Origin: Chiloscyllium plagiosum
Lineage: Eukaryota
Direction: 5' to 3'
Length of the DNA: 37,170 bases
NCBI RefSeq assembly: GCF_004010195.1
Contig: NC_057757.1
Coordinates: 8,235,902 to 8,273,071 of the forward strand
The translations under genes were made by a program, and so were the position numbers. Below, in pieces: positions 22,392-35,129 of the stretch. Position 1 is the stretch's first letter. Every line of letters starts with the position of its first letter. A model generated the notes under the pieces. That model saw only the letters and a list, made by a program, of their open reading frames with translations. It made no database searches and was not told the origin of the DNA.

Positions 22392-22781
22392 TGTTTTAAT
22401 TTCAAAAATATACTTTATTCATGAAAAAGTATACATGCATCCATAGTTACTAAAGAATGTTGGTTCTACACAATAGCATATAAAGAAAATAAAGCAAATA
22501 TTGGAGTTGGACACAATGCAATAAACAAACCTAAGGCATCTGTTACTTGTGTAAAATGATATTTATATATATTTGAACTACCAAAAGGTTCTGATAACAG
22601 AACAAACACACATTTAACTTTGACAGAAAGACCTCAGATAGTGGTTTTTCCCCACTGTGTCTTGGCAGCAGCTGCCCCATGCTTTAGTGCGTCCCTCAGC
22701 ACATATGCCTGTCTGAAATGTCCCAGTCTGCAGCACTTGGTCAGGATCAATGCCTTCCTCTGGAAGACCAATGTATTTTAG
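22392..22781 (-). mobile_element. Tx1-type 3' end (cut by the tandem duplication junction)
   Basis: Duplicate of 2892-3278. Confidence 0.7.
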
Positions 22782-23112
22782 TATTAAATGAACACTTTAT
22801 AATGATCTTCACTGAGCAGGTGACAAAGTAGTTCAGTAACTTGAGGTGTTTGAAATTCATGATGAGATATTGGATAGGCTGCTGAAACTGACAGGTAATA
22901 AGTAAATTGATACCTTTCAGTCAGGTGTAAGCTTTGTAGGGGTCTACTTCCTCGGGGATCTATACTGTGGTGCTGGCCATTGCCAACATTTGCCAATGTA
23001 TCAATAAATAATAAATACTGAGAAGGCATCAGAATACATTCAGGAGAACCGATCCAGGACTGACTGTCATCAGTATTCATGTGGAAAACGAGAGAAACTG
23101 GAATAGTTCTAG

Positions 23113-23503
23113 GTTGTAAGTTTGCTCACTGAGCTGGGAGGTTTGTTTTCAGACATTTCGACACCATCAGTGCAATATCATCAGTGAGCCTCTGATGAAG
23201 TGCTGGTGTTATGTCCCACTTTCTATTTATGTGTCTTGGTCTCTTGAGGTGGGCGATATCATTTCTAGTTCTTTTTCTCAGAGGCTGGGAAATGAGGTCC
23301 AAATCGATGTGTTTATCGATGAAGTTCCATTTGAATGTCAGGCCTCTAGGAATTCTCATGCGTGTCTCTGTTTAGATATTCTCGGATCGATGTATTGTCC
23401 CAGTCAAATCAGTGTCCATCTTCATCTGTATGGAAGGATACTAGTGATAGTGGGTCACTTCTTTTGGTAGTTAGTTGGTGTTCGTGTATCCTGGTGGCTA
23501 GTT
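23113..23503 (-). mobile_element. Penelope-like GIY-YIG fragment (copy B2)
   Basis: Duplicate of 21261-21651. Confidence 0.8.
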
Positions 23504-23933
23504 CAGCCCTCCCTCTGACACTGATCTTTTTCTGGGTGGGGCCGGCCGCCAGCATTTTAGCTTCAGGCCCAGCCCCTACCCCTCCCCACCCCGTGCAAGA
23601 TGGCGTTAATGGCCGCCCCTCCCCAGGTGTCCATTAGCAAATACTTCAGAAGAAAAACTCTTTAAAGAGAAAAAACCAAAACACAAAATGTGCCGACTCT
23701 GTTGTCACCAAACACAATAATATGTATCAAAATGAAAAATCCTCCCACAGACAGAGAGGTGAAAGTGATGAAGAAACTGTGTCAAGTCCCAAAGCACATT
23801 CTTCCGAAGCACGGCCGACCCCATACTCCAAACATTGTCTCTGCTTTATCTCTAGCTCGGCAGATGCTGCCAGACCTGAGTCACAATGAAAAGGTACTCT
23901 TGGGGTGAGTCCTCATTCAGGATTCACATCCAG

Positions 23934-24011
23934 NNNNNNNNNNNNNNNNNNNNNNNNNNNNNNNNNNNNNNNNNNNNNNNNNNNNNNNNNNNNNNNNNNN
24001 NNNNNNNNNNN
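23934..24011. other. Assembly gap (78 N)
   Basis: Run of N. Its flanks map to about 22082 and 22412 in the adjacent duplicate, implying about 330 bp missing. Confidence 0.95.
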
Positions 24012-24722
24012 ACTTTATTCATGAAAAAGTATACATGCATCCATAGTTACTAAAGAATGTTGGTTCTACACAATAGCATATAAAGAAAATAAAGCAAATA
24101 TTGGAGTTGGACACAAAGCAATAAACAAACCTAAGGCATCTGTTACTTGTGTAAAATGATATTTATATATATTGAACTACCAAAAGGTTCTGATAACAGA
24201 ACAAACACACATTTACCTTTGACAGAAAGACCTCAGATAGTGGTTTTTCCCCACTGTGTCTTGGCAGCAGCTGCCCCATGCTTTAGTGCGTCCCTCAGCA
24301 CATATGCCTGTCTGAAATGTCCCAGTCTGCAGCACTTGGTCAGGATCAATGCCTTCCTCTGGAAGACCAATGTATTTTAGGAAAACTAGAGAGTGTTGTT
24401 CACCGAGTTGATGGACCTCCAGGATCAGTCAATGTTTGTCTTGGTGGGCATCTATGGGAACAGACTGAAGAAAACAGCGTCCTGCCTCACGGAACTGCTC
24501 GGGATGAAACTCAACAAAAATACTCTTTCTCTCAACTTTCTTTGCAAAGGCACATTCCAGCAGAAGATGTGCGATAGTCTCCATCTCCCCCAACCACGAT
24601 CATCAAACACTTCAGCCATTTCGAGGGCAGCGTCTGTTGGTGGACACAGTCCTGCTATTCAGGAAGTAACTCACAGATAATGTCCTTCTCATCACCAGCC
24701 AAGCGATGTCTTGGTGCTTGTT
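24012..24722 (-). mobile_element. Tx1-type LINE 3' fragment (copy B)
   Basis: Duplicate of 2892-3620. Confidence 0.75.
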
Positions 24723-26034
24723 GGGGCACGTGCAGAATTTTGGAAGGAGATCAAGCCAACATGAGGCAGAAGCTGGGCATTTAGGTGGACTACTCCCTCT
24801 ACATTGTAGATAAGAAGCTGGCCATCAGGTGCAATCTCTCATACGCGGTGTAAGTCCGCACCATTCCCAGAACCTACGCTGTGGCAGTCACTCCAGCCAT
24901 TTTCCACTTCATCTGGAGGTCTAAGATGAGCCACATCCACAGGGAGACCAAGTAGAAAGCTCTGGATAATGAGTGGGTTAATGAATGTACCCAAGCAGCC
25001 CACATCCTAATGGCCATCTTTGTGTGTGGCTGCATCAAGCTGCGGGTAGACTCTTTGCACACAAACACCAAGTGTCACTATGTGCTGAGATGCAGCCTGT
25101 CCTTGGTGTTCCTTTGACCTGCTGTGCTTTTCCAGCAACACATTTTCAGCTCTGACCTTGGTGTTGCCAAGAATGGGACTTGCCTCGTTGCCATGAAACA
25201 CTCCAAGTCGTGGAAAATTCCATATCACCTGTTCTTCATGGAGAAATTTGGAAAGAACAAAAATCCCTCAGGGAGTGATCTGCACATAGCATCCTTGAGA
25301 CTCTGCAGGAAAAGGAGACTGTCAAAGCCATTTGGCACAATACCTCACACCAGAATTTTCCAACAATCTGCAGGTGAGAAAGGCATTAGCTGTGAGATCC
25401 TTCTTGTATTTCCAAACTATGTGCACCACCGCCGCTACCCTCAAAGCGGCTTGGGGGTGCTAGAGACTGTCACACATCTCCTTCTGAAAATATGCTTTAA
25501 AGGAAGTCTGGAGAAAAAATGCAGTGGTTTTTGTCGAGGTATCCTGACTGCTCCATCACACAGAACTCTGTGCTCTCTGGTGTGTTCCCCGGAATGCAGA
25601 GACAAACATTGACCGTGTCTGGACGAGTATCTTCAATTTGTTAGAAGATACTCGTTGGTCTGCCTGAAATTCATTGATCTTCCACAGCAAGGTATTGACC
25701 CTTACCAACTGTTGCAGACTGGCATGTTCCAAGGTCCAGGACTATGTGCTGAGGGACACAGTAAAGCTTAGGGCAGCTACCTCAAAGGGGCAGTGGGGAA
25801 AGAACACTGTCTGAGATCTTCCTCCTGAGGGTAAATGGGACTGTTCAGTTATTGGATCCTTCCAGTGCCTCCTCTATATGTTAACATAATCTTGTAAGAA
25901 ATGCCTTTGGTTAGATTGGTGGATAGAGTCAAACTACAATCTTTGTTTTCTTCAATGTGCTACCGTACAGAACTGAACTGTTTGAGTGACTATGTATGCA
26001 TACAAAGATACTTAATGAAGAAAGGATATTATTT
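24723..26034 (+). mobile_element. Tx1-type LINE 3' fragment (copy B)
   Basis: Duplicate of 3621-4888. It retains the ORF end (VQDYVLRDTVKLRAATSKGQWGKNTV) that is partly deleted in copy A. Confidence 0.8.
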
Positions 26035-26246
26035 AGGATGGCACGGTGGCTCATTGGCTTCACAGTATGAAGGAAACAGGTTTGATTTCCACCTTGAGCG
26101 ATTGTGTGTAGAGTTTGCACATTTTCCCTCTGTCTACAGTGTTTCCTCTGGGTGCTTCTCCCACAACCTAAAGATGTGCAGGTAAGGTGAATTCGCCATG
26201 CCACATTGCCCATAGTGCTAAGTGCACTAGTCAGTGGTAAATGTCG
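26035..26246 (+). mobile_element. HE1-like V-SINE (copy B, cut by gap)
   Basis: Duplicate of 4889-5114. Confidence 0.85.
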
Positions 26247-26300
26247 NNNNNNNNNNNNNNNNNNNNNNNNNNNNNNNNNNNNNNNNNNNNNNNNNNNNNN
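26247..26300. other. Assembly gap (54 N)
   Basis: Run of N. Its flanks map to 5114 and 5348 in copy A, implying about 230 bp missing. Confidence 0.95.
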
Positions 26301-27159
26301 GAGTAAAGTTCCTATCACTGGACCCAATGAGATAGGCTCACTGTCAGGATTTCAAACCCTCACTTTCCAATTGTAAATATTGTCTAACTTATACAGTGTG
26401 GTTGCCAAGTATCACTTTCAATCTGATGTAAACAAAATATTTGTTAAACAACTGTAAATAATATAACTGTTCAGTTAACCTGATTGACTTCCTGGAGGTT
26501 TGATATGGGAATGGAAATTGGATTTTGTTGTCATGTATATCCAAGTATATGAATGCACGTGCACAGTGAAAAGTGAAAAATAAGATGTCTCAAAATTATA
26601 GGTTCACATCAATTGGTTTGGCTATACCCCAGTCAGAATCTGTCCACTCTGGTGGAGAATGGGGAAACCGCTATCCAGTAACTGAAAGACCTTTGCTGTC
26701 CGATTCTTGAAACTGTTGCTCTTCCTGGTGATTCATGGTTTAGCCCCAGTATTGGAAGAGAGCAGGTGGAAGCCCTGCATTCAAAAAGGGAGAGAGAAAG
26801 CAGAAAGAATAGCCCAGTCAGTTTAACATAACACAGGGAAACTGTTGGAAGGTATTATTCAACCAGATGTAGTAGGATACATTGATCAGTTCAAGTTCAT
26901 CTGGCAGAGTCAAAATCGTTTCGTGATTCTGCTAAATTTCTTTGAGGATGGAACATGTGTCATTGATAAAGGGGACTGTACTGAGCTTGTGTTTTTTAAA
27001 TAAGGTGAGAAGGCAAAGGTTATGGCAGGATGGAAAGGTTCAAGGTGTAGGGGGAATTATTTAGCGGGAGAACGGTAGCTTACTGAATTGGGAAAGAAAT
27101 TGGAAGGAATATTTAACAGTCATAAGTCTTCTGAGGCTTTATGTTAGTTGTCCAATTTC

Positions 27160-27860
27160 CATTTCTTTTTTCTCGTTGGCACTTACTGCCTCCTCTTCAC
27201 CGTGGATGTGCAATCCCTTTGCATATCTGTCTCTCATCAGGATTTTCTGAAGGCTCTCTGATTCTTCCTCAAATAGAGACCTGAACAATTCCCAACCACT
27301 ACCATTTTTGCCAGTATGGTCTAATTTGTAACATTTCTTTGTTAACTTGTCTCACTTTCTCTAAGTCCAATATGTGGTTCTGGCTACCTGTACGAGTCCC
27401 TGTTGTATCTATGTCTTTTTGGGGTAATATGGAATGTTATTTGGTCCAGTACCAGATGGGGATCCACCTCCAACACTTCCTCCAATATACTGGTGATGCA
27501 ATTGATGCTATTACTGGTTATGCAAAAATTAGAAGAGAGAAGATCAATTTGCTTCCAATTTCTAAACCTCTCTCATAGCCCTCTGATCCATTTCTGACAT
27601 TCTTTCCTTGATCTCTGTTTCCATTTATGATAAAGGTTGTACACCAATATCCATTACACACCCATCGACTCCCACAGTTACCTTGAATACTCTTCCTCAC
27701 ATCCTGCTTACTGCAAGAAATCCATTCCATTCTCCGTTACTGCATCTTTATCTGTGCTAATGATGTCATTTTTCACACCCCCTCCCCGTGTATCCAACAT
27801 CACCTCCTTTGTCCTCAACTGAGGATTCCCCTCCTCCACTCTGGTAAATATGGCCGCCAC
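27160..27860 (+). mobile_element. Penelope-like RT fragment (copy B)
   Basis: Duplicate of 6130-6830. Confidence 0.75.
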
Positions 27861-28298
27861 TCATATACTCAATGAATCAACACAAGAGGCGATAATAGTT
27901 CAGTTGAGAACTTTTTAAAAAGGGGCAGCCACAGTTTATTGGCACTGACCAAATCCTCTGAGGAAAATAGAAGTGCAGGATGTAAGGCATTTCTGAATGT
28001 TAAAACATTTGAGCAGGAGTGGCTGGGGATTTCATCTCTCAAATATTGAGTGGGAAATGAACAGAGTGAATGGCTCTGAGAACACCAAATTCTTGAATCA
28101 TATTTAACCAAGCGCATCAGCACAAAATAGCACAATGATACAGATAGCAAGTCCAGGTGTAATCTTCTGAAATGAAGCCAGGACTTGCTAGAGAGGGAGT
28201 ATTTTTGAGCCAGTGACATTAGTACAGTCACAATTAGCACAAATATGGAACAAGAGAAAGACAATAAGGGTAGAGCTTTGATGTCTGCTGCAGGCAAG

Positions 28299-30383
28299 TA
28301 GAGTCATAGGGATGTACAGCCCGGAAACAAACCCTTCAGAGCAACTCATCCATGGTGACCACATATCCCAACCTAATCTAGTCCCACTTGCCAGCACCTG
28401 GCTTGTATCCCTCCAAACCCCTCCTACTCATATACCCACCCAATTGTACCAGCCTCCACCACCTCCTCTAGCAGCTCATTCCAAACACATACCAAGCTCT
28501 GCGTGATAAAGTTGCCCCTTAAATCTCGTTTATATCTTTCCACTCTCACCCTAAACCTAATCCCTCGATTTCTGGATTCCCCCAACTCGGGAAAATACCT
28601 TGTCTATTTACCCTATACATGCCCTTCATGATTTTGTAAACATCTATAAGTTCACCCCTTATCCCCTGATGCTCCAGGGAAACAGCCCCAGCCTTTTCAG
28701 CCTCTGCCTATAGCTCAAATCCTTTAACCCAGGCAACATTCTTGCAAATCATTTCTGAAGCCTTTCAAGTTCCAATAGGGAAGAGATCAGAATTATACAC
28801 AATATTCCAAAAGTGGCCTAACGAATGTCCTTATTAGCCACAACATGTTCTCGCAATTCCTATACTCAATCCTCTGACCAATAAAGGAAAGTGTACCAAA
28901 GGCCTTCTTCACTATACTATCGAACTGTGAGTCTACTTTCAAGGATCTATGAAGCTGCACTCTAAGGACTCTTTGTTCAGCATCACTCCCTAGAACCTTA
29001 CCATTAAGTGTATAAGTCCTGCTAATATTTGCTTTCCCACAATACAGCACTCACAGTTATCAATATTAAACTCCATCTGCCAGTCCTCGGCCATTGGCCC
29101 ATCCGATCAAGGTCATGTTGTAACCTGAGGTCACCTTCTTTGCTGTCCACTACACCTCCAATTTTGGTGTCATCTGCAAACTTGCTATCTTACTATCTAT
29201 ACCTCCTATGTTCACATACAAATCATTTATATAAATGATGCAAAATAGAATCCTTGTGGCATTGCACTGGTCACAGGCCTCCAGTCTGAAAAGCAACTCT
29301 CCACCACCACCTTCAAGCCAGTTCTGTATTCAAATGGCTACTTCTCCCTGCATTCCATGAGATCTCACCTTGCTAACCAGTGTCCCATGGGGAATATTGT
29401 TGAATGTCTTCCTGAAGTCCATATAGATCATGTACACTGCTCTGCCCTCATCACTCCTTTTTGTTACTTCATCAACAAACTCAATCAAGACATGATTTTC
29501 CACGCACAAAGCCATGTTGACTATCCCTAATCAGTCCTTGCCTTTCCAAATGCATGTAAATCCTGTCCCTCCAGATTCCCTCCAACACCTTGTCCACCAC
29601 CAATGTCAGGCTCATCGGTCTATAGCTTCCTGGCTTGTCCTTGTCACCTTTCTTAAATAGTACCACGTTAGCCAACCTCTAGTCTTCTGGCACCTCACCT
29701 GTGACTATTGATGATACAAATATCACAGCAAGGGGCCCAGCGATCACTTCCATATCTTCCCACGGAACTCTAGGATACATCTGAGCAGGTCATGGGGATT
29801 TATCCACCTTTATGCATTTCAAACATCCAGCTCTTCCACCTCTGTAATATGGACATTTGTCAAAATGTTACCATCTATTTTCCTACATTCTATATCTTCC
29901 TTGTCCTTCTTCACAGTAAACACAGATGCAAAACACTCGACTGGTATCTCCCCCGTCTCCTGCAACTCCACACAAAGGCCACCTTGCTGATCTTTTGAGG
30001 GGCCTATTCTCTCCCTAGTTACCCGTTTGTCCTTAATGTATTTGTAAACACCCTTTGGATTCTCCTTAGTCTTATTTGTCAAAGCTATCTCATGTCCCCT
30101 TTTGCTCTCCTGATTTCCCTCTTAAGTATACTCCTGAATGTTTATACTCTAAGAACTCACTCAATCTATCGTGTCTACACCTGATATATGCTTCCTTATT
30201 TTTCTTAACCAAACCCTCAATTTCTCTAGTCATCCAGCATTCCCTACACCTAACAACCTTTCCTTTCACCAGAACTGGAAAGTACGGTCTCTGGACTCTC
30301 GTTATCTCATTGGTGAAGGCTTCCCATTTTCCAGCCATTCCTGTACCTGCAAATATCTGCCCTTAAATTAGCTTTTGAAAGTT
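28299..30383 (-). mobile_element. CR1/HER1-like LINE, long degenerate ORF2 (linker, RT, 3' end)
   Basis: Peptides KENPKGVYKYIKDKRVTRERIG, ANVVLFKKGDKDKPGSYRPMSLT, SQHGFVRGKSCL, IYMDFRKTFNNIPHG. Confidence 0.92.
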
Positions 30384-31085
30384 AGAGTCATAGGAGATGT
30401 CCAGCATGGAAACTGACCCTTCGGTCCAACCCGTCCATGGCGACGAAATATCCCAACCCAATATAGTCCCACCTGCCAGCACACGGCCCATATCTCTCCA
30501 AACCTTTCCTATTCATATACCCATCCGAATGCCTATTAAATGTTGCAATTCTACCAGCCTCCACTACTTCTCCTGGCAGCTCATTCCATACACGTACCAC
30601 CCTCTGCGTGAACAAGTTGCCCCATAGATCTCTTTTACATGTTTCCCTTCTCTCCCTAAACCTATGACCACTAGTTCTGGACTCCCCCACCCCAGGGAAA
30701 GACTTTGCCTATTTATCCTATCCATGCCCCTCATAATTTTGTAAACCTCTATAAGATCACCCCTCAGCCTCCGACGCTCCAGGGAAAACAGCCCCAGCCT
30801 GTTCAGCGTCTCCCTATAGCTCAAATCCTCCAAACCTGGCAACATCCTTGTAAATCTTTTCTGAACCCTTTTCAAGTTTCACAACATCCTTCCGATAGGA
30901 AGGAGACCAGAACTGCATGTAATATTCCAACAGTGGCCTAACCAATGTCCTGTACAGTCGCAACATGACCTCCCAACTCCTGTACTCAATGCTCTGACCA
31001 TTAAGAGAGAGCATACCAAATGCCTTCTTCACTATCGTTATACCTGCGACTCCACTTTCAAGGAGCTATGAACCTGCACTTCAAG
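30384..31085 (-). mobile_element. Younger CR1/HER1-like LINE 3' fragment nested in the older CR1
   Basis: New agagtcata tail; well-preserved LYRTLVRPLLEY..QFWSPSYRKD, RFTRMLPGL, LFSLERRRLRGDLIEVYKIM, QRVVRVWNELP. Confidence 0.92.
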
Positions 31086-31360
31086 GCCTTCTCGTAGGTA
31101 CATCCACATGTTTAATCAGAAAATTTTCTTGTACACACTTAACAAATTCCTCTCCATCTAAAACCTTCATTCTATGGCAATCCCAGTCTATGTTTGGAAT
31201 GTTAAAAGCCCCTACCATAACCATTCTGTTATTCTTACAGGTAACTGAGACCTCCTTACAAATTTGTTTCTCAATTTCCCTCTGACTATTAGGGCGTGTA
31301 TAATACAATGCTAATTTGGTGATCTCCCTTTCTTACTTCTCAGTTCCACCCAAATAACTT
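31086..31360 (-). mobile_element. CR1 endonuclease fragment
   Basis: YTRPNSQREIEKQIC...VMVGAFNIPNIDWD...FVKCVQENFL. Confidence 0.85.
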
Positions 31361-32181
31361 TTATGAATCTGAGAGATTTTATGGTGACATTGGACTGGAT
31401 GTGGATGCTTGAAAAGAAAATGAAGAAACATATGGATTTCAAAACTGAGATTCTTGAGACACAGTTTAGACATGACCCAACAACATAAATAGTTATATTT
31501 CCATATCCAGAACCCCATTCCTGTCCCCAGGCATGGAGGGTGAGAGGGAACAGCAAAACAAAGATTCTACTCATGATAAAAGAAATCCTGAAATTATCGC
31601 CCAATAGACAATCCAAATGGACGAAATATAAACTAAAAACAAAACTCAGAAAGGCCAAGGTAGCATAGAGAAAATATTCGCGAATTAGTTGGATAAATAA
31701 GAAAGATGTTTACCAGTAGATTAATACCAAAGGTATATCCATGACAATTATAAGATGTTAAAGCAATACAAGATGATTGATGTAAGCCAATGCTCATTCT
31801 TGCACTATTGTACATACACAAACCTAGAAATCCAATGCATTACTTATTATTTAATAACTTCAATCGCTTTGAATCATGTAACTGAGTTTGCGATTTATTC
31901 CATGTTAATGAATATAAACCTGTTGTGAAGATCTATTGAAAGATTCACCTGAAGAAGCATCTCATGAATTTACATTGAAGGGGAAATTTTCCGGTGACCA
32001 AACCACTGCATCAAGGGAAGATAGAGTGGATCATCGAGACTGTGGTGGAGAACCATGTCCCATTGTTTCTATGACTATTAATATGAGGCATTCTTGAAAT
32101 AACACCCCAGACAGCAGCTCATGTTTCTTCAACAATAACATCACAGACAGGAGCAGGGAAATGATATCTGGATATGGCTTC

Positions 32182-32313
32182 ATTCATGATGAGTGCTTAT
32201 GCCTGAAACTTCGAATCTCCTGCTCCTCAGATGCTACCTGACCTGCTGGGCTTTGCCAGCACCACACTTTTTTGACTCTGACTCTCCAGCATCTGCAGTC
32301 CTCACTTTCTCCT
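32182..32313 (+). mobile_element. Short Penelope-derived repeat with a decayed hammerhead-like motif
   Basis: attc-atgatga-gtgcttatgcct-gaaac-ttc-gaat, then gatgctacctgacctgctg. Confidence 0.65.
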
Positions 32314-32399
32314 GATGGCCTCATTTTGGACAGTGATGTCATTGAAACCAATTAAATGGCCCAATACCAAAAATTTCCTAACATAACACGCTAGGCAGG

Positions 32400-33150
32400 G
32401 GATAGAACACAGGACATAGAACTCTTTCCAAGAGTCGCTTAAATGTCCCTAATGTATCTGAGTCTACGACCACTGCTGGCAGTGCATTCTATGCACCCAG
32501 CGCTCTCTATATAAAGAACCTACCTCTCACATCTCCCCTAACCCTTCCTCCAATTCTCTTAAAATTAAGCCCACTTGTGATAGAATTTCTGCCATGGGAA
32601 AACGTCTCTAGCTATCTACTCTGTCTATGCCTCTCAATATCTTGTACACCTCTATCAAGTCACTTCTCATCGATCTTGGCTACAATGAGAAAAGTCCTAT
32701 CTCCTCAACCTTTCTTCATAAGATATGCCCTCCTGTCCAGACAGGATCCTGGGAAATCTCCTCTTCACCCTCTCTAAAGCTTTCACATCTTTGCTATAAT
32801 GAGGCGAGCAGAACTGAACACAATACTTCAAGAGCTACAGCATAACCTCATGACTCTTGCTAATGACAGCCAACACAATATACACCTTCTTAGCAACCCT
32901 ATCAACTTGGGTGTCAACTTTGAGGGATCTATAGACATGGATCCAAAGATCCCTCTGTTTCTCCACACTGCCAAGAATCCTGCCTTTTCCCTTGTATTCT
33001 GCATTCAAATTCAAACTTCCAAAATGAATCACTTCACACTTTTCTAGGTTGAACTCCATCTGCCACTTATCAGACCAGTTCTGCAACGTGTCAATGTCCC
33101 GTTGCAACCCCCAATAGCTGTTCACACTATCCACAATTCCACCAACCTGA
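32400..33150 (-). mobile_element. CR1-type LINE 3' fragment
   Basis: LQRDIDTLQNWSDKWQMEFNLEKCEVIHFG...EKQRDL. Confidence 0.88.
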
Positions 33151-33204
33151 ATGGCCTGTTTCTACATTATAGAGGTTCTGTATGAAAGAGGTGTTGAAAC
33201 AGAA

Positions 33205-33304
33205 GAGCCCAACAGAAATTTCTGGAGAAACTCAACAGGTTTGGCAACATTTATGCAGAGAAAATAGAGTTAACATTTCGAACCCAGTGACCCTTCATCT
33301 GAAA
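33205..33304 (-). mobile_element. Short Penelope-derived repeat
   Basis: Minus strand cagatgaagggtcactgggttcgaaatgttaactct. Same family as 12418-12510. Confidence 0.6.
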
Positions 33305-33339
33305 TAATTTGATCGGGTTCTCCAAAATCAAGCCCAATG

Positions 33340-33850
33340 GTCTGTTTTTGTCGTAAATGGAAGGGGAGGCAAGAGAGAAAAGAGAGAGGCACTTTTGGTT
33401 AGGGAAAACACCATGACAGTACTTTGAGAAGATATTCCTGAGGTATCATGCATTGAAGCTGTATGGGTGAAACTGAGAAAAAAAAGATATGATCACTTTG
33501 ATGGGATTATAATTGTAGATCCTGCATTAGTTAGCAGGATATTGAGAAGCAAATATGAAGGGACTTTGCTGATAACTGTAAGAAACAGGATTGCAATAGA
33601 AGGGGTTTTCAATTTTACAAACATAGACTGGGACTGGATGGGGGGGAATTTGTTAAATGCATTCAAGAATACTGTCTCAATCAATATGTAAATTGCCCTG
33701 CAAGAGGAGGGGCAAAACTCAACCTCCCCTTGAGAAATAAGGGAGGGCAGGTGACTGTGGCAGACGTGGGGAAACACTTGGGGTAATTCTATTAGTTTTA
33801 AAACAGTTCTGGAAAATAATAGGTTGGTCCACAACTTAAAGTTTTGTAGT
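33340..33850 (+). mobile_element. CR1 endonuclease fragment
   Basis: EAVWVKLRKK, GVFNFTNIDWD. Confidence 0.7.
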
Positions 33851-33931
33851 TGTCTTTGCGGTTCATTCATTCTCTGCATATTACATCTTTGTCAGTGTGA
33901 TTTGTAAAATTTATTTCCCAGTCTTTGATAT

Positions 33932-34461
33932 TGTAATCGGAGCGGGATTTAATCTACTATTGGGCTAATCTTTGCACATCTGATAGAAGGGGTTAAAATA
34001 AAGCAAAGACAATTTAAACAAGACAGGTTCAAAACAAGATACATATGGAGGAGCTCTCACTAGAAATTATGCCATGTAAAACCCAAGTGTTGAGCCGTTG
34101 GCTATGCAGCAAACTGTAACCTGCTCCTGTTTAAGCAAATAGGAAGCTGTGAACCACATTTAATTTCTCTGGCGGGAGTCTAAGGCAATGACCTAATCTC
34201 AAGCGAGGCATAACTAAAACGGAATATGATTAGTCTATGGTGTTGCCAAGACTTGAAAATCCATACCTAACTGGTCAATAAGAAGAAATAGATATATATC
34301 TGACGTGGATTTGTGTATAAAAATATGATTGCAACCACCAAAAGGCAGACTCCACGCAAGGGTGACGGTTCAACCTTTAAGTTCGAGTCCCTTGCATTGC
34401 AAATAATAAGGGCGCAGTGTGTAACAAGAATACTATTGTCTGACCAAACGTTTCATCAACA
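33932..34461 (+). mobile_element. Probable solo LTR (about 530 bp)
   Basis: TGT...ACA termini, flanks ATAT/ATAG (4-bp target duplication with one mismatch), TATAAA at about 34316, and a polyA-signal position at about 34403 (AATAAA in the copy A remnant). Confidence 0.6.
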
Positions 34462-34472
34462 ATAGCATCATC

Positions 34473-35120
34473 GAGTCATTGAGCTTCCAGCATGGAAACA
34501 GGAACTTTGGTCCAACTCGTTCATGCTGACCACATATCCTAAATTAATCTAATCCCATTTGCCTTTGGTTGGCCCATATCCCTCCTATTCATATACCAAT
34601 CCAGATGCCTTTTAAATATTGTAATTGTACTCGCCTCCACAGCATACTCTGGCAGCTCATTCTATGCATGTACCACCTTCTGTGTGAAAAAAAAAGTCAT
34701 TATGTCCCTTCTAAAACTTTTCTTTCTCACCTTAAACCTATGCAATCTAGTTTTGGATGGTGCTATCCTGAAAAAAAAAATACATACACACCTTGGAAAT
34801 TAACCCTATCTTTGTCACTCATCACCTTTCAAACTTCGACGAGGTCACCCCTCAGCCTCTGACACTCCAGTGAAAACAGCCACAGCCTTTTCAGCCTCTC
34901 CTTCAAGCTCAAACCCTCCAACCCTGGCAAAATACTTGTACTTCTTTTCTGCACCCTTTCAAGTTTAACAACATCCTTCCTATAGCAGGTAGACCAGAAT
35001 TGAACGTGGCATTCCAAATGTGACCGAACCAATGTCCGAGACAGCCGAAACATGACCACGCAACTGCTATACTCAATGCACTATCCAGTACAGGCAAGCT
35101 TACCAAACACCTTCTTCGGT
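34473..35120 (-). mobile_element. CR1/HER1-like LINE 3' fragment (copy B)
   Basis: Duplicate of 8245-8890; RTLVRSHLECHVQFWSTCYRKDVVKLERVQKR. Confidence 0.9.
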
Positions 35121-35129
35121 CATCCTGCT

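Larger units (their letters stand above)
20930..24380 (+). repeat. Tandem duplication, 1852-bp unit (20930-22781, 22782-24380 with gap)
   Basis: Junction tgtattttag|tattaaatgaacac at 22781/22782. Duplicate ORFs are offset by 1852. Single copy in segment A. Confidence 0.93.
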
